Origin: an uncultured delta proteobacterium
Lineage (GTDB): Bacteria > Desulfobacterota > Desulfomonilia > UBA1062
Length of the DNA stretch: 64,000 nucleotides
Direction: 5' to 3'
Assembly (NCBI GenBank): GCA_963798485.1
Contig: CAWCTR010000004.1
Span: 256,001 to 320,000 of the forward strand
Shown: positions 1 through 11,640 of the stretch, piece by piece
Layout: each line of letters starts with the position of its first letter
Numbering within the stretch: the first letter of the stretch is position 1
Made by a program: the position numbers and the translations under genes
Notes under the pieces: model-generated
The model's input: the letters and a program-made list of their open reading frames with translations, nothing else
Database searches by the model: none
What the model was told of the DNA's origin: nothing

Positions 1-359
1 CACCATATTAATTTACGTGCTACTCATACTGGAACATAATGGTAAGGATACATCATGTGTCAAATTATTAATGTCGATAAATGTTCACCCAGACAGTTAC
101 GCCTGGTGCGGTTTTCTGGTATTACCATGGTATTTAAGAATCAGCATGCACCTCTCTTGTCACAGACAGGATATACTTTTCTGAGTGAACTATACAATAT
201 TTCAAAAATTGCATTAAGGCGGACCTCAACACTTATCAACTCCATTCCGGCTGTCATACCAGTAGCTTTGCCAAGCTTGCCATGGGTGAACTGGTTCAAA
301 ATACTTAGGTGTTCCGGCATGCCATGGCAGGCAGCTAAGCACTATTACTAAATGCATCC

Positions 360-1070
360 ATGGGGGCTATCATGCATAAACACATGTTGGTGCTCCCATG
401 GTTTTTTTCCGTGAGTCTCCATGCCATGCTTTTAACATTTTGCGTACTCACTTTTAAGAAGATTGATCCAGAGATGAGTATCATTATGGTGAATCTCGAT
501 GCTACACCCCGGGCGAGTGTTTCTGCTCATGCAAATACACCGGTTAAAGCGGTTCAGGTGATGATGCCCAAACGGAGAACGAGCAGAACCCAGCAACCAG
601 ACCAAACACCTGTTGAGGAGGAACATAAACTGCTGGCTCCTGGAGTTGAAGTGGCTTCTCACCCTGATGCCGCCCCCACAAAGGACTTAGTTGTCAATGC
701 ACCACAGCAGGATGGCCCTGGCGCAGATATTGGATCACCAGCCGGTGATACTAATGGACAATCGGAAAAAACTACCGATTTCCAATTCGGCGTTGCCAGT
801 GGCCCAAAATTTGACTACCGCGTGCTGCCGGTATTTCCTCTGATCGCCAGGCGACTCGGCAAAGAGGGGCGCGTTGTGCTTCGCCTGACCATCGACGCCC
901 AGGGACACCTCATTGATGTAGAGATTGTAGAGAAGGCAGGTTACGGGTTTACCGAGGCCGCGATCGATTCTGTCAGGCACTCTACCTTTCTGCCGGCTCA
1001 GGTGGGTGGACAGCCTGTTTCATCCCAGGCACTCCTTCCTATAAAGTTCGCGTTGCAGAAGGATGCGTAA
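360..1070 (+). CDS. tonB: Energy transducer TonB
   Basis: N-terminal TM helix with SxxxH (SVSLHAML), Pro/Gln-rich linker, TonB C-terminal domain (FPLIARRLGKEGRVVLRLTIDAQG...VEIVEKAG...PIKFAL). Confidence 0.9.
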   Translation: MGAIMHKHMLVLPWFFSVSLHAMLLTFCVLTFKKIDPEMSIIMVNLDATPRASVSAHANTPVKAVQVMMPKRRTSRTQQPDQTPVEEEHKLLAPGVEVASHPDAAPTKDLVVNAPQQDGPGADIGSPAGDTNGQSEKTTDFQFGVASGPKFDYRVLPVFPLIARRLGKEGRVVLRLTIDAQGHLIDVEIVEKAGYGFTEAAIDSVRHSTFLPAQVGGQPVSSQALLPIKFALQKDA

Positions 1071-1110
1071 ATCCAGGCAGAAAAAGTACATTAAAACTTG
1101 GAGGTATTTT

Positions 1111-3330
1111 ATGTGGATGAGGTTTTTTACGGTACTGTTGGCCTTGTGCCTGGCGATGCCTGCCCTGGCGGAAGAACCTACTCAAGCACCCAAAGGGGAC
1201 ACCCAGCTCGAAGAGATAGTGGTGACGGCTACACGCACGCCTGAAGAAATCAGCAAGGCTCCGGGCAGCGTATCCGTGGTGACCAATAAGGATATCGAGC
1301 AGCGCAACATTGAAAGCGTGGACCAGGCGGTCAACACCCTGTCAGGTGTCTATGACAGCCACGGCAAGGGTTTGATGGATACGCAAACAGCCATAACGTT
1401 AGGCGGCATACCGGATCAAAAGCGCACGCTCATTATGGTGGATGGTATGACCATGAACACAGCTTTTTATGGGAATGTCAATTATATCGGCCTCTCGCCG
1501 GACAATGTCGAGCGCATCGAGGTGGTACAGGGACCGTTTTCCAGCCTGTACGGAGGCTATGCCATGGGCGGGGTGGTAAATATAATCACGCGCATGCCGG
1601 AGAAACAGGAATTCATCTTCAAAGAGGGATACGGGTCAAGTTTTCAGGATAACAAAGGATTGGACAACCTGCACACTACTTATGCATCCTTTGGTGACCG
1701 GTTTCAAAACAAGCTCAGTGTATTCCTGAGTTATAATCATCAATCCACCGAGGGCTATCCGTCTAACCTGAACGTGCAGAGCAGTGCGCCCACGGATGGG
1801 ATCACAGGCTGGAAGAACACCACTGACCCATTTGGAAACCATAACTATCTGATCGGAGATAAAGGAGATAACGGCTGTAGCGACGATAATCTGACTTTCA
1901 AGGCCGCCTACGATTTTTCCCCGGACACCAAAGTGGATGCCATGATCATGCGCACCTACTATAAGTACACATATGGTGACCCGCATACCTATCTGAAGGA
2001 TGCGGTCGGCAACCCTGTTTTCACCTATGGTACAGGCTATGAACAGGTCATGGAAAATTCTTACCTTGACGGCCCGGGCGGAGAGGAAAGCTTTTTGTAT
2101 CATGTGGGTGGTGAGACTGTTCTTGGGACAGCGAAAATTAAACTCTCCCTGGGAGTCAATGATGAAACCTCCAATTGGTATATCTCGCCAGGCTATACTG
2201 CGGACACGACCACACTGGGCGGACCGGGGGACTACTCCAACACACCGTCACGCGACTATATGGCCGATCTGCAGGTGACGCAGCCGGTCTTGAGCAGGCA
2301 GCTCCTGACCTTTGGAGCGTCCTACAAACACGGCACGTGCGAGAACACGGACTATGAGCTGAGTGACTGGAAAAACCAGGATACCAAGACAGCTATCAAC
2401 TACATGTATGGCGGCAAGGACGAGAGCTATGCCCTCTTCGCACAGGACGAGATCATGATCATGGATAAGCTCACGACCTATATCGGGCTGCGCGGCGACT
2501 GGTGGCGGACCTATGACGGAGAAGCCAATCAGGTCGGTTCAGCCGGTTATCCCCAGGACTATTCCTCACGGACCGATACGGCCTACAGCCCGAAATTGGC
2601 TCTGGTGTACAAACCCCTCGAGCTAACCACCCTGCGGTTTGACGCCGGCAAGGCCTTCCGGCCACCGGACGTATATGAGCTCTACAGTACCTGGACAGGC
2701 TGGGGCATGACCTATAGCGGCAATCCTCATCTAAAACCGGAAACCACTTCCTCCTGGGATATTGGCGTGAAGCAGGGCCTCTGGAAAGGCGCTACCTGTG
2801 GAGTCACCTACTTCGAGAACTACTTGGAAGATCTGATCTACCCCGAATATGTTTCCTCTACCCAGGTGGATTATATCAATGCCGCCAAGGCTCAGAGCAA
2901 GGGCGTCAAACTCGATGCTGATCAGCGTATCAGCGACTGGCTGCGCCTCTACGCCAACTGTACCTTCGACTATGCCACAATAAAAAAGAATGATTACGAC
3001 CCAGCCTCGGATGGCAAACGCCTGGTCGATTTACCGGCACGCATGGCGAATTTGGGAGTGGAACTGACGCAGGGGCCGGTTGCCGGAACGCTTACCTGCC
3101 GCGATGTGAGCCGCCGCTACGGAGACGACGATGTTTATAACAATGCCAATGTAAAGGGCGTGTTGGGCTCCTTTGACCCCTATTACACGATCGATACCAA
3201 GCTAAGCTACCAGATCACGAAGTGGGGCACACTATCTTTCGCGGTTGATAATATTCTCAATAAAGAACGCTTTGACTATTACCTGTGCCCGGGAAGATCC
3301 TGGAACAGCGAACTGACCCTTAAGTTCTAG
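1111..3330 (+). CDS. TonB-dependent outer membrane receptor (metal/tetrapyrrole type)
   Basis: Signal peptide, TonB box EEIVVTATRT, plug motif VERIEVVQGPFSSLYGGYAMGGVVNIIT, C-terminal Phe. Start moved from 1063 to ATG 1111, which follows GGAGGT. Confidence 0.92.
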   Translation: MWMRFFTVLLALCLAMPALAEEPTQAPKGDTQLEEIVVTATRTPEEISKAPGSVSVVTNKDIEQRNIESVDQAVNTLSGVYDSHGKGLMDTQTAITLGGIPDQKRTLIMVDGMTMNTAFYGNVNYIGLSPDNVERIEVVQGPFSSLYGGYAMGGVVNIITRMPEKQEFIFKEGYGSSFQDNKGLDNLHTTYASFGDRFQNKLSVFLSYNHQSTEGYPSNLNVQSSAPTDGITGWKNTTDPFGNHNYLIGDKGDNGCSDDNLTFKAAYDFSPDTKVDAMIMRTYYKYTYGDPHTYLKDAVGNPVFTYGTGYEQVMENSYLDGPGGEESFLYHVGGETVLGTAKIKLSLGVNDETSNWYISPGYTADTTTLGGPGDYSNTPSRDYMADLQVTQPVLSRQLLTFGASYKHGTCENTDYELSDWKNQDTKTAINYMYGGKDESYALFAQDEIMIMDKLTTYIGLRGDWWRTYDGEANQVGSAGYPQDYSSRTDTAYSPKLALVYKPLELTTLRFDAGKAFRPPDVYELYSTWTGWGMTYSGNPHLKPETTSSWDIGVKQGLWKGATCGVTYFENYLEDLIYPEYVSSTQVDYINAAKAQSKGVKLDADQRISDWLRLYANCTFDYATIKKNDYDPASDGKRLVDLPARMANLGVELTQGPVAGTLTCRDVSRRYGDDDVYNNANVKGVLGSFDPYYTIDTKLSYQITKWGTLSFAVDNILNKERFDYYLCPGRSWNSELTLKF

Positions 3331-3386
3331 CCGGATGGGGTGACGTGGAGATTTTGTTAAACCCAAAACCATACCGGAGGAAAATA

Positions 3387-4481
3387 ATGACAAGCTTTGG
3401 CTTCCATCAACCCACCCTGAAGAGGACGGCCGGAAAGCTCTCCTATGATCGAACCAAAGAACAACAGGCGGTCTGCTTATTATCCCAGGCCGGAGGAGTG
3501 CTATTCTGGGCGGTTTGTCTAGTTGTCATGCTTCTGCTCTTGCAGGGAGATCCAAGCGCGCAGGCCGAAACCATCACCTACACCGACAAGCTCGGCCGGG
3601 TTGTGCGTGTTACCGCGCCGGTCAGGCGCGCGGTCTGCCTGCAGTTCTATGAGTTGCTCCCTGCCCTTAACTGCTGGGACCAGGTCTGCGGCGTGAGCCG
3701 CTGGGCCTACAAGAATGACCTCATCCTGGCCACCAGGTCGGAGATCGCAAAGACCATCCCCGCGGTCGGACCCGGCACGGAGGTCAACATGGAGGCCCTG
3801 CTTAAGCTCAAGCCTGATCTCGTCATCACCTGGACGTTCAAACCAGAGCAGGTACAGTTCATGGAGCGCCAGGGGCTGACTGTCATTGCGGTCTATCCCG
3901 AGAGCCTCTCTGAACTGTATGCCGTCATGGACCTGTTTAGTCGGGTGTTCGGCAAGGAGCGCCGCATGCAAGAGATCAAGGCGCAGATGGACATCTGCCT
4001 GAGCGTTATCCGCACCCATACCACGCGCATCCCCCCCGCCAAGCGCTACCGCGCGCTTTGGCTGGAATCCAGGCCAACCTCGGTGGCAGGCTCCCTAGGG
4101 GTAACGCAGGATGTTTTGAGCATGATCGGGGCGACAAATGCGGCTGGCGCCATCCATGAACGAAGCAGGGATGTGACCTTGGAACAGATAATCGCCTACA
4201 ACCCGGATGTGATCTTCATCTGGGGTAACGCATCCTACAGCGCCACGGATATCCTTACCAATCCGCAGTGGAGTTCCATCAAGGCCGTGAAAACCGGCCG
4301 TGTGTATAAGGCTCCGGAATGGTCCACCTGGTCGCCGCGTCTCGCGCCGGTTGCCCTATGGATGGCCGCGCGCACCTATCCGGAATATTACAAGGATGTC
4401 AATCTGGAGAAGATGATTGATGATTTCTACCGCCAGACCTACGGACTCACTTATAAGAAGGTAGCGAAGATTGAAGGCTAA
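3387..4481 (+). CDS. ABC transporter periplasmic substrate-binding protein (FecB/BtuF class III)
   Basis: TDKLGRVV, NMEALLKLKPDLVI, EQIIAYNPDVIF and WSSIKAVKTGRVY motifs; GGAGG precedes ATG 3387. Confidence 0.88.
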   Translation: MTSFGFHQPTLKRTAGKLSYDRTKEQQAVCLLSQAGGVLFWAVCLVVMLLLLQGDPSAQAETITYTDKLGRVVRVTAPVRRAVCLQFYELLPALNCWDQVCGVSRWAYKNDLILATRSEIAKTIPAVGPGTEVNMEALLKLKPDLVITWTFKPEQVQFMERQGLTVIAVYPESLSELYAVMDLFSRVFGKERRMQEIKAQMDICLSVIRTHTTRIPPAKRYRALWLESRPTSVAGSLGVTQDVLSMIGATNAAGAIHERSRDVTLEQIIAYNPDVIFIWGNASYSATDILTNPQWSSIKAVKTGRVYKAPEWSTWSPRLAPVALWMAARTYPEYYKDVNLEKMIDDFYRQTYGLTYKKVAKIEG

Positions 4482-5478
4482 AACTCCACTCTTCTTTCTG
4501 ATCGTACTTTCACCGTTACTGGCAGGCTGGTGTGCGCTGTTCCTGGGGGCCTATGATATTTCACCCTTACTGGCGCTCAAAGTCATGGCACAAACCCTGC
4601 GGCCCTGGGAGGTTGCACCGGATATGCCGGAAAGTGGCATTATACTGAATATCCGGTTGCCTCGTATTCTTCTGGCCGGAATCGTCGGGCTCGCTCTGTC
4701 CACCTCAGGCGCGACCCTGCAGGGCATTTTCCGTAACCCTCTGGTGGATCCTTTTATCCTGGGCATATCCGCCGGAGCAGCCCTGGGTTGTGCGCTGGCC
4801 ATCGGCTTCTTCCCGATCCTGCCCATCCCAGTCATGGCCTTTGCTGGCGGCATCCTGGCTGTGCTCCTTGCCTACAGTATGGCCAAGACTCAAGGAGAGG
4901 TCTCGCGCCTGGCACTCATCCTCTCAGGCGTGATCGTATCGGCCTTTTTCACGGCCCTGGTCTCTGCTGTGAAGTTCCTTGTTGACCCGCACAAGCTCCA
5001 GAACATAGTCTTCTGGCTCATGGGCAGCTTTGCACTGGCAGACTGGCGCTTGGTGCGCATCGCTGCGCTCGGTATCGGCCTTGGTTGTGTGCCGGTTGTG
5101 TTGATGCGCTGGCGGCTCAATGCCCTGAGCATGGGCGAGGAAGAGGCTCGGACGTTGGGGGTGGACGTTGGGCGCGAGCGCCTGCTCCTGATTGCCGCAG
5201 CAACGCTTATGGCCAGTAGCGCTGTGGCGGTCAGCGGGATTATCGGCTGGGTGGGGCTCATGGTTCCGCACCTCATCCGCATGCTCGCCGGTCCTGATCA
5301 TAAGCGCCTGGTGCCCTTGAGCATGGCGGCCGGGGCGACCTGCATGATTGTAGCTGATACCATCGCCCGCACAAGCACCGGGTTTGACCTGCCGGTCGGC
5401 ATCATCACCGCCATCCTAGGCGCCCCATTTTTCTTTTATCTCATGCGGCGGGGATATGCCCTGAGTTGGAAAGGATAG
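4471..5478 (+). CDS. FecCD/BtuC-family ABC permease
   Basis: IRLPRILLA, LQGIFRNPLVDPFILGISAGA, GEEEARTLGV, GIIGWVGLMVPH. Confidence 0.93.
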   Translation: MKAKTPLFFLIVLSPLLAGWCALFLGAYDISPLLALKVMAQTLRPWEVAPDMPESGIILNIRLPRILLAGIVGLALSTSGATLQGIFRNPLVDPFILGISAGAALGCALAIGFFPILPIPVMAFAGGILAVLLAYSMAKTQGEVSRLALILSGVIVSAFFTALVSAVKFLVDPHKLQNIVFWLMGSFALADWRLVRIAALGIGLGCVPVVLMRWRLNALSMGEEEARTLGVDVGRERLLLIAAATLMASSAVAVSGIIGWVGLMVPHLIRMLAGPDHKRLVPLSMAAGATCMIVADTIARTSTGFDLPVGIITAILGAPFFFYLMRRGYALSWKG

Positions 5479-5481
5479 CAC

Positions 5482-6258
5482 ATGCTCACGGTGGATAGAC
5501 TGAGTTTCAGACATGCGGGGTCAAGGCGTGATATCCTTAAGGAAGTCAGCTTCAACCTTCCCGAAGGGGCCGTAACCGCCGTGCTGGGTCCCAATGGTTC
5601 AGGTAAGACCACGCTCTTCAAGTGCCTGGCCGGAACATGGCATCCCTACCGGGGAAGCATCGCTCTTGCGGGTCAGGACATCACAAAGTTCACACCTGCC
5701 AAACGTGCCCGGATGATCGCGGTCGTGCCGCAGGAGCATGAGCCCCCGTTCCCCTATTCCGTGCTGGAAGCGGTGCTGTTGGGCCGGACTGCATATGTAA
5801 GCCTCTTTGCCGCCCCGACAGCTGCCGACTACCAGGTGGCCAGGGAGGCAATAGCCACCGTGGGTATCAGCCATCTACAAGATCAGCCCTATACCCGCAT
5901 CAGCGGAGGTGAGCGCCAATTGACCCTTGTAGCGCGTGCCCTGGCGCAGGAAACTCCGCTCCTGCTGCTGGACGAACCCACCTCCCACCTGGATCTGAAA
6001 AACCAGACCATGGTAATGCGGATCATCAGGCAGGTCGTCCGTCAAAAGGGCCTGACCGTACTCATGACCCTGCATGACCCCAACCTGGCCTCCCTTTATG
6101 CCGGACAGGCCGTACTGCTCACCGACGGACAGGTCTTTGCGGCTGGAGCGCCCCAGACAGTTATCACCTCGGAGAATCTCATGCGCATGTACGCCATGGA
6201 ACTCCGTCTGATCAGTGAAAATGGCACAAGCTGTATCGTGCCCAAGGTAGAGGTATGA
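5482..6258 (+). CDS. ABC ATP-binding protein (FecE/BtuD type)
   Basis: GPNGSGKTT, ISGGERQ, LLLDEPTSHLD, TLHDPNLA. Confidence 0.93.
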   Translation: MLTVDRLSFRHAGSRRDILKEVSFNLPEGAVTAVLGPNGSGKTTLFKCLAGTWHPYRGSIALAGQDITKFTPAKRARMIAVVPQEHEPPFPYSVLEAVLLGRTAYVSLFAAPTAADYQVAREAIATVGISHLQDQPYTRISGGERQLTLVARALAQETPLLLLDEPTSHLDLKNQTMVMRIIRQVVRQKGLTVLMTLHDPNLASLYAGQAVLLTDGQVFAAGAPQTVITSENLMRMYAMELRLISENGTSCIVPKVEV

Positions 6259-7088
6259 TAGAAATCAGAGGACTGACCAAGATCTACGGCGCCATACGCG
6301 CCGTGGATGATATCACCTTGACCATCAAGGAAGGCGAGGTCTTCGGCCTCCTTGGTCCAAATGGGGCAGGTAAGACCACCACTATCCGCATGCTCACGAC
6401 ACTGACGAAACCTGATGCAGGGTCATGTTCTATTTCCGGCCTGGACACCATGCGCGATGCAATGGCGCTCAAGAGTCACTTCGGCGTGGTCCCTCAGGAG
6501 ATCAACCTCGACCGTGAACTCTCTGTCTATGAGAACCTTCTTATTTACGCCATGCTGCACTGCGTTGCCAACCGGGAAAAGGCGATCCGCCAGACCCTGG
6601 AGATGGTCGATCTCTGGGATCGGCGTGAATCACTGGTCTTAAGCCTGTCGGGAGGCATGAAACGCCGTTTGCTCATCGCGCGGGCACTGCTGCCGGGACC
6701 GGCCGTGCTCTTCCTGGATGAGCCTTCCATAGGTCTTGATCCCCAGATCAGACGACAGATGTGGGATGTTATCCGCAAGACCCGAATCGAAGGCCGCACG
6801 GTCGTTATCACCACGCATTATATCGAAGAAGCCGAAGCCTTGTGCGATCGTGTTGGTATCCTGTCGCGAGGCCGTCTGATCGCACTCGATACACCGGCTG
6901 GCCTCAAGAAAAGCGTGGGCGCCTATGTCGTGGAGTTCATCGATGAGATCGGCCGGTTGGTGCAGGAGATCTGTCAGGACAGAGAAGAAGCACATGCGAA
7001 GGCCCAGGTGCAAAACGGCAGTGTGACCGTGCGTAAGTCCAACCTCGAAGACGTATTCGTCAAGTTGACCGGGGAGCGTATAGAATGA
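6255..7088 (+). CDS. ABC exporter ATP-binding protein (NodI/DrrA-like)
   Basis: GPNGAGKTT, LSGGMKRR, LFLDEPSIGLDP, TTHYIEEAE. Confidence 0.9.
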   Translation: MIEIRGLTKIYGAIRAVDDITLTIKEGEVFGLLGPNGAGKTTTIRMLTTLTKPDAGSCSISGLDTMRDAMALKSHFGVVPQEINLDRELSVYENLLIYAMLHCVANREKAIRQTLEMVDLWDRRESLVLSLSGGMKRRLLIARALLPGPAVLFLDEPSIGLDPQIRRQMWDVIRKTRIEGRTVVITTHYIEEAEALCDRVGILSRGRLIALDTPAGLKKSVGAYVVEFIDEIGRLVQEICQDREEAHAKAQVQNGSVTVRKSNLEDVFVKLTGERIE

Positions 7089-7831
7089 ACAGAAGCGGCT
7101 GGTATCCTGTTTTCCTGCGTGAGATGCTCCTGTTCCGGCGCAAGCTCCTGAAGCTCGGTTATCTATTTTCCGCCATGATCTCGCCCATCATCTATTTGAT
7201 CGCGTTTGGTTTCGGACTGGGCAGGAAGGTTAATATGGGGGGCATGGATTATCTGAGCTTTCTCATCCCCGGCCTGGTGGCCATGAGCTCCATGAACAAT
7301 TCATATACCTGGGTGGCCAACTCCCTCAACTTGAACCGCCTGTATTTCAAGAACTTCCAGGTCTTTATCCAGGCTCCGGTGAGTTCAGGGGCAATCATGA
7401 TCGGCGAGGTGCTGGCCGGCATGGTCAAGGGGCTCTTCGCCTCGGCCCTGATTATGATCATCGGTCTCATCTTCGCCCCCGGTTTTCATCTGAGCATAAC
7501 GTTCCTCTTTACCCTGCTCCTTAACTGTTTCCTGTTCTCCAACCTGGGGGTGATAACCGGCATGCTCGCCAAGAGCCATGAGGATACGGCCACGTATTCC
7601 AATTTTTTTATCATGCCCATGGCATTCTTCAGTGGCACGTTTTTCACCATCGACAAGATGCCGGGTGTGCTCAAGGCAGTGGTATATTGCCTACCGCTTA
7701 CCCATACCAATATCCTGATCAGAAAAACTAGCCTCGATCTGGAGGCGTTGATTTCTCTCACGGTCCTGATCATCTGCGCCCTGGTGTTTTTCCTCTATGG
7801 CTCACGGTTGATCAGGAATTACAGCGAGTAA
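7085..7831 (+). CDS. ABC-2 type exporter permease (NodJ/DrrB-like)
   Basis: About six hydrophobic segments, YLSFLIPGL and PMAFFSGTFF motifs; start overlaps the ATPase stop codon. Confidence 0.88.
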   Translation: MNRSGWYPVFLREMLLFRRKLLKLGYLFSAMISPIIYLIAFGFGLGRKVNMGGMDYLSFLIPGLVAMSSMNNSYTWVANSLNLNRLYFKNFQVFIQAPVSSGAIMIGEVLAGMVKGLFASALIMIIGLIFAPGFHLSITFLFTLLLNCFLFSNLGVITGMLAKSHEDTATYSNFFIMPMAFFSGTFFTIDKMPGVLKAVVYCLPLTHTNILIRKTSLDLEALISLTVLIICALVFFLYGSRLIRNYSE

Positions 7832-7845
7832 GGAAGAAGAAAACT

Positions 7846-10800
7846 ATGAAAATAGTCACCATCATGTGGGCCAGTTACCTGCCGCTTATGCAAGAGACTG
7901 CAGCACAACTGGATATCGAGCTTCAGGCCTATTCCACCAAACAGCTTACGACCTATCCAGAGCTTGTCCATGACGCCCTAGTAAAACTGCAACAGGCGGA
8001 TACGATCCTCTTGTGGCGCACGAATGACGCCTTCTGGGAAGAGCTTGAGCCGGAGCTGCGATCCTTGCGGGAACGTATCCCGCTTATCGTGGTCAGTGGT
8101 GACCCATCCACCTGGGCACTCTCTACACTCAACCCTGAGATTATCGCCACGGTTTACCGTTATATATTGCTCAATGGCCGGGCAAACATGGAAAACATGT
8201 TCCGCTATCTGCTGAACTCGCTCTTCGATTCGACCATAAAGTATGCTGCACCTGAGGAGGTTGCCTGGCAGGGCATCCATCATCCGGGCCTGGGTGAGGT
8301 TTTCCAGACCACGGAAGATTACCTCACATGTTACCGCAACCACCTCTCCTTCACCCCGCAGGCCTATGTCGGTCTACTCTATCCGCGCACCAACTGGGTC
8401 AGTGGTAACCTGGCAGTGGAAAGCGCCCTGATCGCCAACCTGGAGGCCCTGGGTCTGGGCGTCATCCCGATCTTTCTCTATGCACTAAAGGACAAGGCTT
8501 TAGGAAATCTTAGCGGTGTGGAGGTGATCGAGCGCTATCTCATGCAGGACAGCCGGGTCCTGGTGAATAGTATCATCAAGCTCACAGCCTTTTTCCTGGC
8601 CAATACCCGCGGCGGTATTAAACAAAGCGAGGCCACTGATGGAGCAAAGCTTCTGAAGAGGCTTAATATCCCGCTTTTCGCACCGGTCATCTCCTATTAC
8701 AAAGACCCGGAAGCATGGCTGAACGACCCGAATGGTCTGGGATCACAGGTGGCTTGGAGCATTGCCATGCCAGAGTTCGAGGGAGTGATCGAACCTATGG
8801 TGGTGGGCGCCACCCATGGTATTGCCCAGCCGGAAGGGGAAACCTATGTACCACTACCTGAGCGTATCAAAAAACTGGCAAGCCGTGTAGCGGCCTGGGT
8901 GAGACTCTGTGGCAAGCCAAACCATGAAAAAAGAGTGGCCCTTATCCTTCACAATAACCCTTGTGCCTCGGTGGAAGCTACAGTCGGTGCCGGGGCACAC
9001 CTTGATACGCTCGAAAGTGTTGCGGATATCCTGAAAAAGCTTGAGGCCCTGGGTTACCAGGTAAACCCGCCCGCTGATGGAAAGGCCCTGATCGATGAAA
9101 TCATGGGGAAAAAAGCCATCTCGGAATTCCGCTGGACTACGGTGGACGAAATCGTAGCCAAGGGCGGCACGCTTGATCTGATAACCACAGAAACGTACCT
9201 GAGCTGGTTTGAGGAACTCCCCCCTTCAAAGCGTGAACATATGTGCCAGGCCTGGGGCAACCCTCCCGGTGAAGCTAAAGACGGCATCCCTCCTGCCATG
9301 GTCCATGAGGGCCGCATCGCAATTACTGGTGTGAGCTTTGGTAATGCCGTGGTATGTGTGCAGCCCAAACGCGGGTGCGCAGGACCGCGCTGCGACGGCG
9401 AGGTCTGCAAGATTCTGCACGATCCGGCTGTGCCGCCGCCGCACCAGTACGTGGCTACCTACAAGTGGCTTTCCCGTGTGTTCGGAGCCGACGCGATCAT
9501 CCATGTAGGTACGCATGGCAACATGGAATTTCTGCCTGGCAAGGCCACTGGCCTCTCCAGCGGCTGCTTACCGGATATCAGCATCGATACCATGCCCCAC
9601 CTCTACATCTATAATGCAGATAATCCGCCGGAGGGCATAATAGCCAAGCGCCGAGCGAACGCCGTATTGGTGGACCATTTGCAGACCGTCATGGTACAGG
9701 GCGAATTCTACGGCGACTTGGACCAGACCGCACGTTTGCTGGAGGAATATGCTAAATATCAACACACCGAGCCTGCCAAGGCGCACACCATAAGTCATAT
9801 GATCATGGAGAAGGTCAAGACTCTCAACCTCCTGGACGGCCGGACCGAGCTTACCCATGCGAATTTTCCGGAGATGCTTGGTGTGATCCATGAGAGGCTC
9901 TCACTACTCAAGAACACCACCATCCCCAAGGGCATGCACCTCTTTGGCCACTTGCCGGAAGGCGAGAAGCTCGTGGATTTCATCTATGCCATCATGCGTT
10001 ATGAAACCGGGCCTGAGTCCCTGCGGGGGGTTGTCTCGGGCCTCCTGCAGCGACTGTCAACATTGGAAGACGAGGCCCTGCGGGACAAGACTGAGGCCCT
10101 GGCAAGGGATATGTGCCGGGCGTATGTCCTGAGCGGAACACCACTGGATGTTACGCTTGGGATGGACTATCGGCCTTTGCCCGATGACGTTATGAAAGTC
10201 CGGACCTTGGAAGAAGAGATCAGCAAGATCATGGCAGACGTGCAGGCCAGTGATGAGATGGGTTCGCTCATAAATGGTCTCACCGGAGGATTTATTGAAC
10301 CAGGGCCGTCTGGACTTATCACCCGAGGCCGGGCTGACATTCTTCCCACGGGCCGCAATTTCTATGCCCTTGACCCGCAGCGCATCCCCTCTCCAGCGGC
10401 TTGGATGATCGGGAAGAAGCTGGCCGATAGTACTCTAGCCAAATACCTGGAGGAAGAAGGGTCATATCCGGAGAACATCGCCTTTTACTGGCAATGCTCG
10501 GATATCATGTGGGCAGATGGTGAGGGGCTTGCCCAGATGATGTATCTCCTGGGTGCCAAACCCCTCTGGCAGGAAAACGGTCGATGCAAAGGCTATGAAA
10601 TCATGGCGCAGGCCGAGCTGGGACGCCCGCGTATCGATATTACGGTCAGGGTCTCGGGCATAACGCGAGACAATTTCCCGGCAACGATCGACATGCTGGA
10701 TTCCGTCGTGCAGTCTGTGGCAATTCTGGATGAACCGCTGGAACAGAATTTTATCCGCAAGCACACTTTGGAGCGCCTTGGGCAGAACACAATAACGGAC

Positions 10801-11640
10801 AGCGAGGCCCTGCGCCAGGCCACCTACCGGATCTTTGCCAGCCAGCCCGGTACGTATCAGGCCGGCACCCAACTGGCCGTATATGCATCGGCCTGGAAGA
10901 CCGAGCAGGACCTAACAGATGTATTCCTGTATTGGAACGGCTATGCCTATGGCAAGGGCAGTTTTGGGGTCAGCGCACATGCAAGCTTGAAGGAAAACCT
11001 CAAGACCGTAGTTTTAAGCTTCAACAAGACCGTAACAGACGAGTATGACCTTACCGGGTGCTGCTGCTACTTTGGTGCGCACGGTGGGATGATCAATGCC
11101 GCCCAGCTGGTCTCGGGCCGTAAGATCCGCAATTACTACGGCGATACCCGTGAACAGGATCAGGTCAGTGTGCGCACGCTCTCCGATGAACTCAGGCGCA
11201 TAGCGCGAGCCAAGATCCTCAACCCTGTCTGGATTGAGGGTATGAAGGAACACGGCTATAAGGGTGCCAGTGAGATCAGTAAGCGTGTAGGCCGACTCTA
11301 TGGCTGGCAGGCCACTACCAAGGCTGTGGATGGTACGGTCTTTGATGATATCACCCGCACTTTCATGATGGACAAGGAGAATCGTGCGTTTTTCGAGGCC
11401 AACAATCCCTGGGCGCTTGAGGAGCTTTCGCGTCGTCTGATCGAGGCCGCCGAGCGCGGCCTATGGGAGCCTGCCGCGGATGTAAAGCAGGCCCTCAAGC
11501 AAGTCTATGTCGAGATCGAAGGCTGGATTGAAGAGCGCATGGGTGAGGTCCATGGCGAGTTCCAGGGCGGTAGCGTGGATATCATCACCAGCGATCAAGT
11601 CTCGACCTGGAAAAAGAAGATGCAGGAGGTACTTTCATGA
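7846..11640 (+). CDS. cobN: CobN/ChlH-family chelatase large subunit
   Basis: 1264 aa; [31 protein letters not shown]...[32 protein letters not shown] motifs. Metal specificity cannot be read from sequence. Confidence 0.9.
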   Translation: MKIVTIMWASYLPLMQETAAQLDIELQAYSTKQLTTYPELVHDALVKLQQADTILLWRTNDAFWEELEPELRSLRERIPLIVVSGDPSTWALSTLNPEIIATVYRYILLNGRANMENMFRYLLNSLFDSTIKYAAPEEVAWQGIHHPGLGEVFQTTEDYLTCYRNHLSFTPQAYVGLLYPRTNWVSGNLAVESALIANLEALGLGVIPIFLYALKDKALGNLSGVEVIERYLMQDSRVLVNSIIKLTAFFLANTRGGIKQSEATDGAKLLKRLNIPLFAPVISYYKDPEAWLNDPNGLGSQVAWSIAMPEFEGVIEPMVVGATHGIAQPEGETYVPLPERIKKLASRVAAWVRLCGKPNHEKRVALILHNNPCASVEATVGAGAHLDTLESVADILKKLEALGYQVNPPADGKALIDEIMGKKAISEFRWTTVDEIVAKGGTLDLITTETYLSWFEELPPSKREHMCQAWGNPPGEAKDGIPPAMVHEGRIAITGVSFGNAVVCVQPKRGCAGPRCDGEVCKILHDPAVPPPHQYVATYKWLSRVFGADAIIHVGTHGNMEFLPGKATGLSSGCLPDISIDTMPHLYIYNADNPPEGIIAKRRANAVLVDHLQTVMVQGEFYGDLDQTARLLEEYAKYQHTEPAKAHTISHMIMEKVKTLNLLDGRTELTHANFPEMLGVIHERLSLLKNTTIPKGMHLFGHLPEGEKLVDFIYAIMRYETGPESLRGVVSGLLQRLSTLEDEALRDKTEALARDMCRAYVLSGTPLDVTLGMDYRPLPDDVMKVRTLEEEISKIMADVQASDEMGSLINGLTGGFIEPGPSGLITRGRADILPTGRNFYALDPQRIPSPAAWMIGKKLADSTLAKYLEEEGSYPENIAFYWQCSDIMWADGEGLAQMMYLLGAKPLWQENGRCKGYEIMAQAELGRPRIDITVRVSGITRDNFPATIDMLDSVVQSVAILDEPLEQNFIRKHTLERLGQNTITDSEALRQATYRIFASQPGTYQAGTQLAVYASAWKTEQDLTDVFLYWNGYAYGKGSFGVSAHASLKENLKTVVLSFNKTVTDEYDLTGCCCYFGAHGGMINAAQLVSGRKIRNYYGDTREQDQVSVRTLSDELRRIARAKILNPVWIEGMKEHGYKGASEISKRVGRLYGWQATTKAVDGTVFDDITRTFMMDKENRAFFEANNPWALEELSRRLIEAAERGLWEPAADVKQALKQVYVEIEGWIEERMGEVHGEFQGGSVDIITSDQVSTWKKKMQEVLS

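Noticed and set aside
55-351. 98-aa plus-strand ORF upstream of tonB
   Set aside because: No recognisable motifs and atypical composition; more likely the promoter/leader region
1-360. Cobalamin riboswitch upstream of the uptake operon
   Set aside because: The conserved B12-box and GGGAA/GCCACTG elements could not be found
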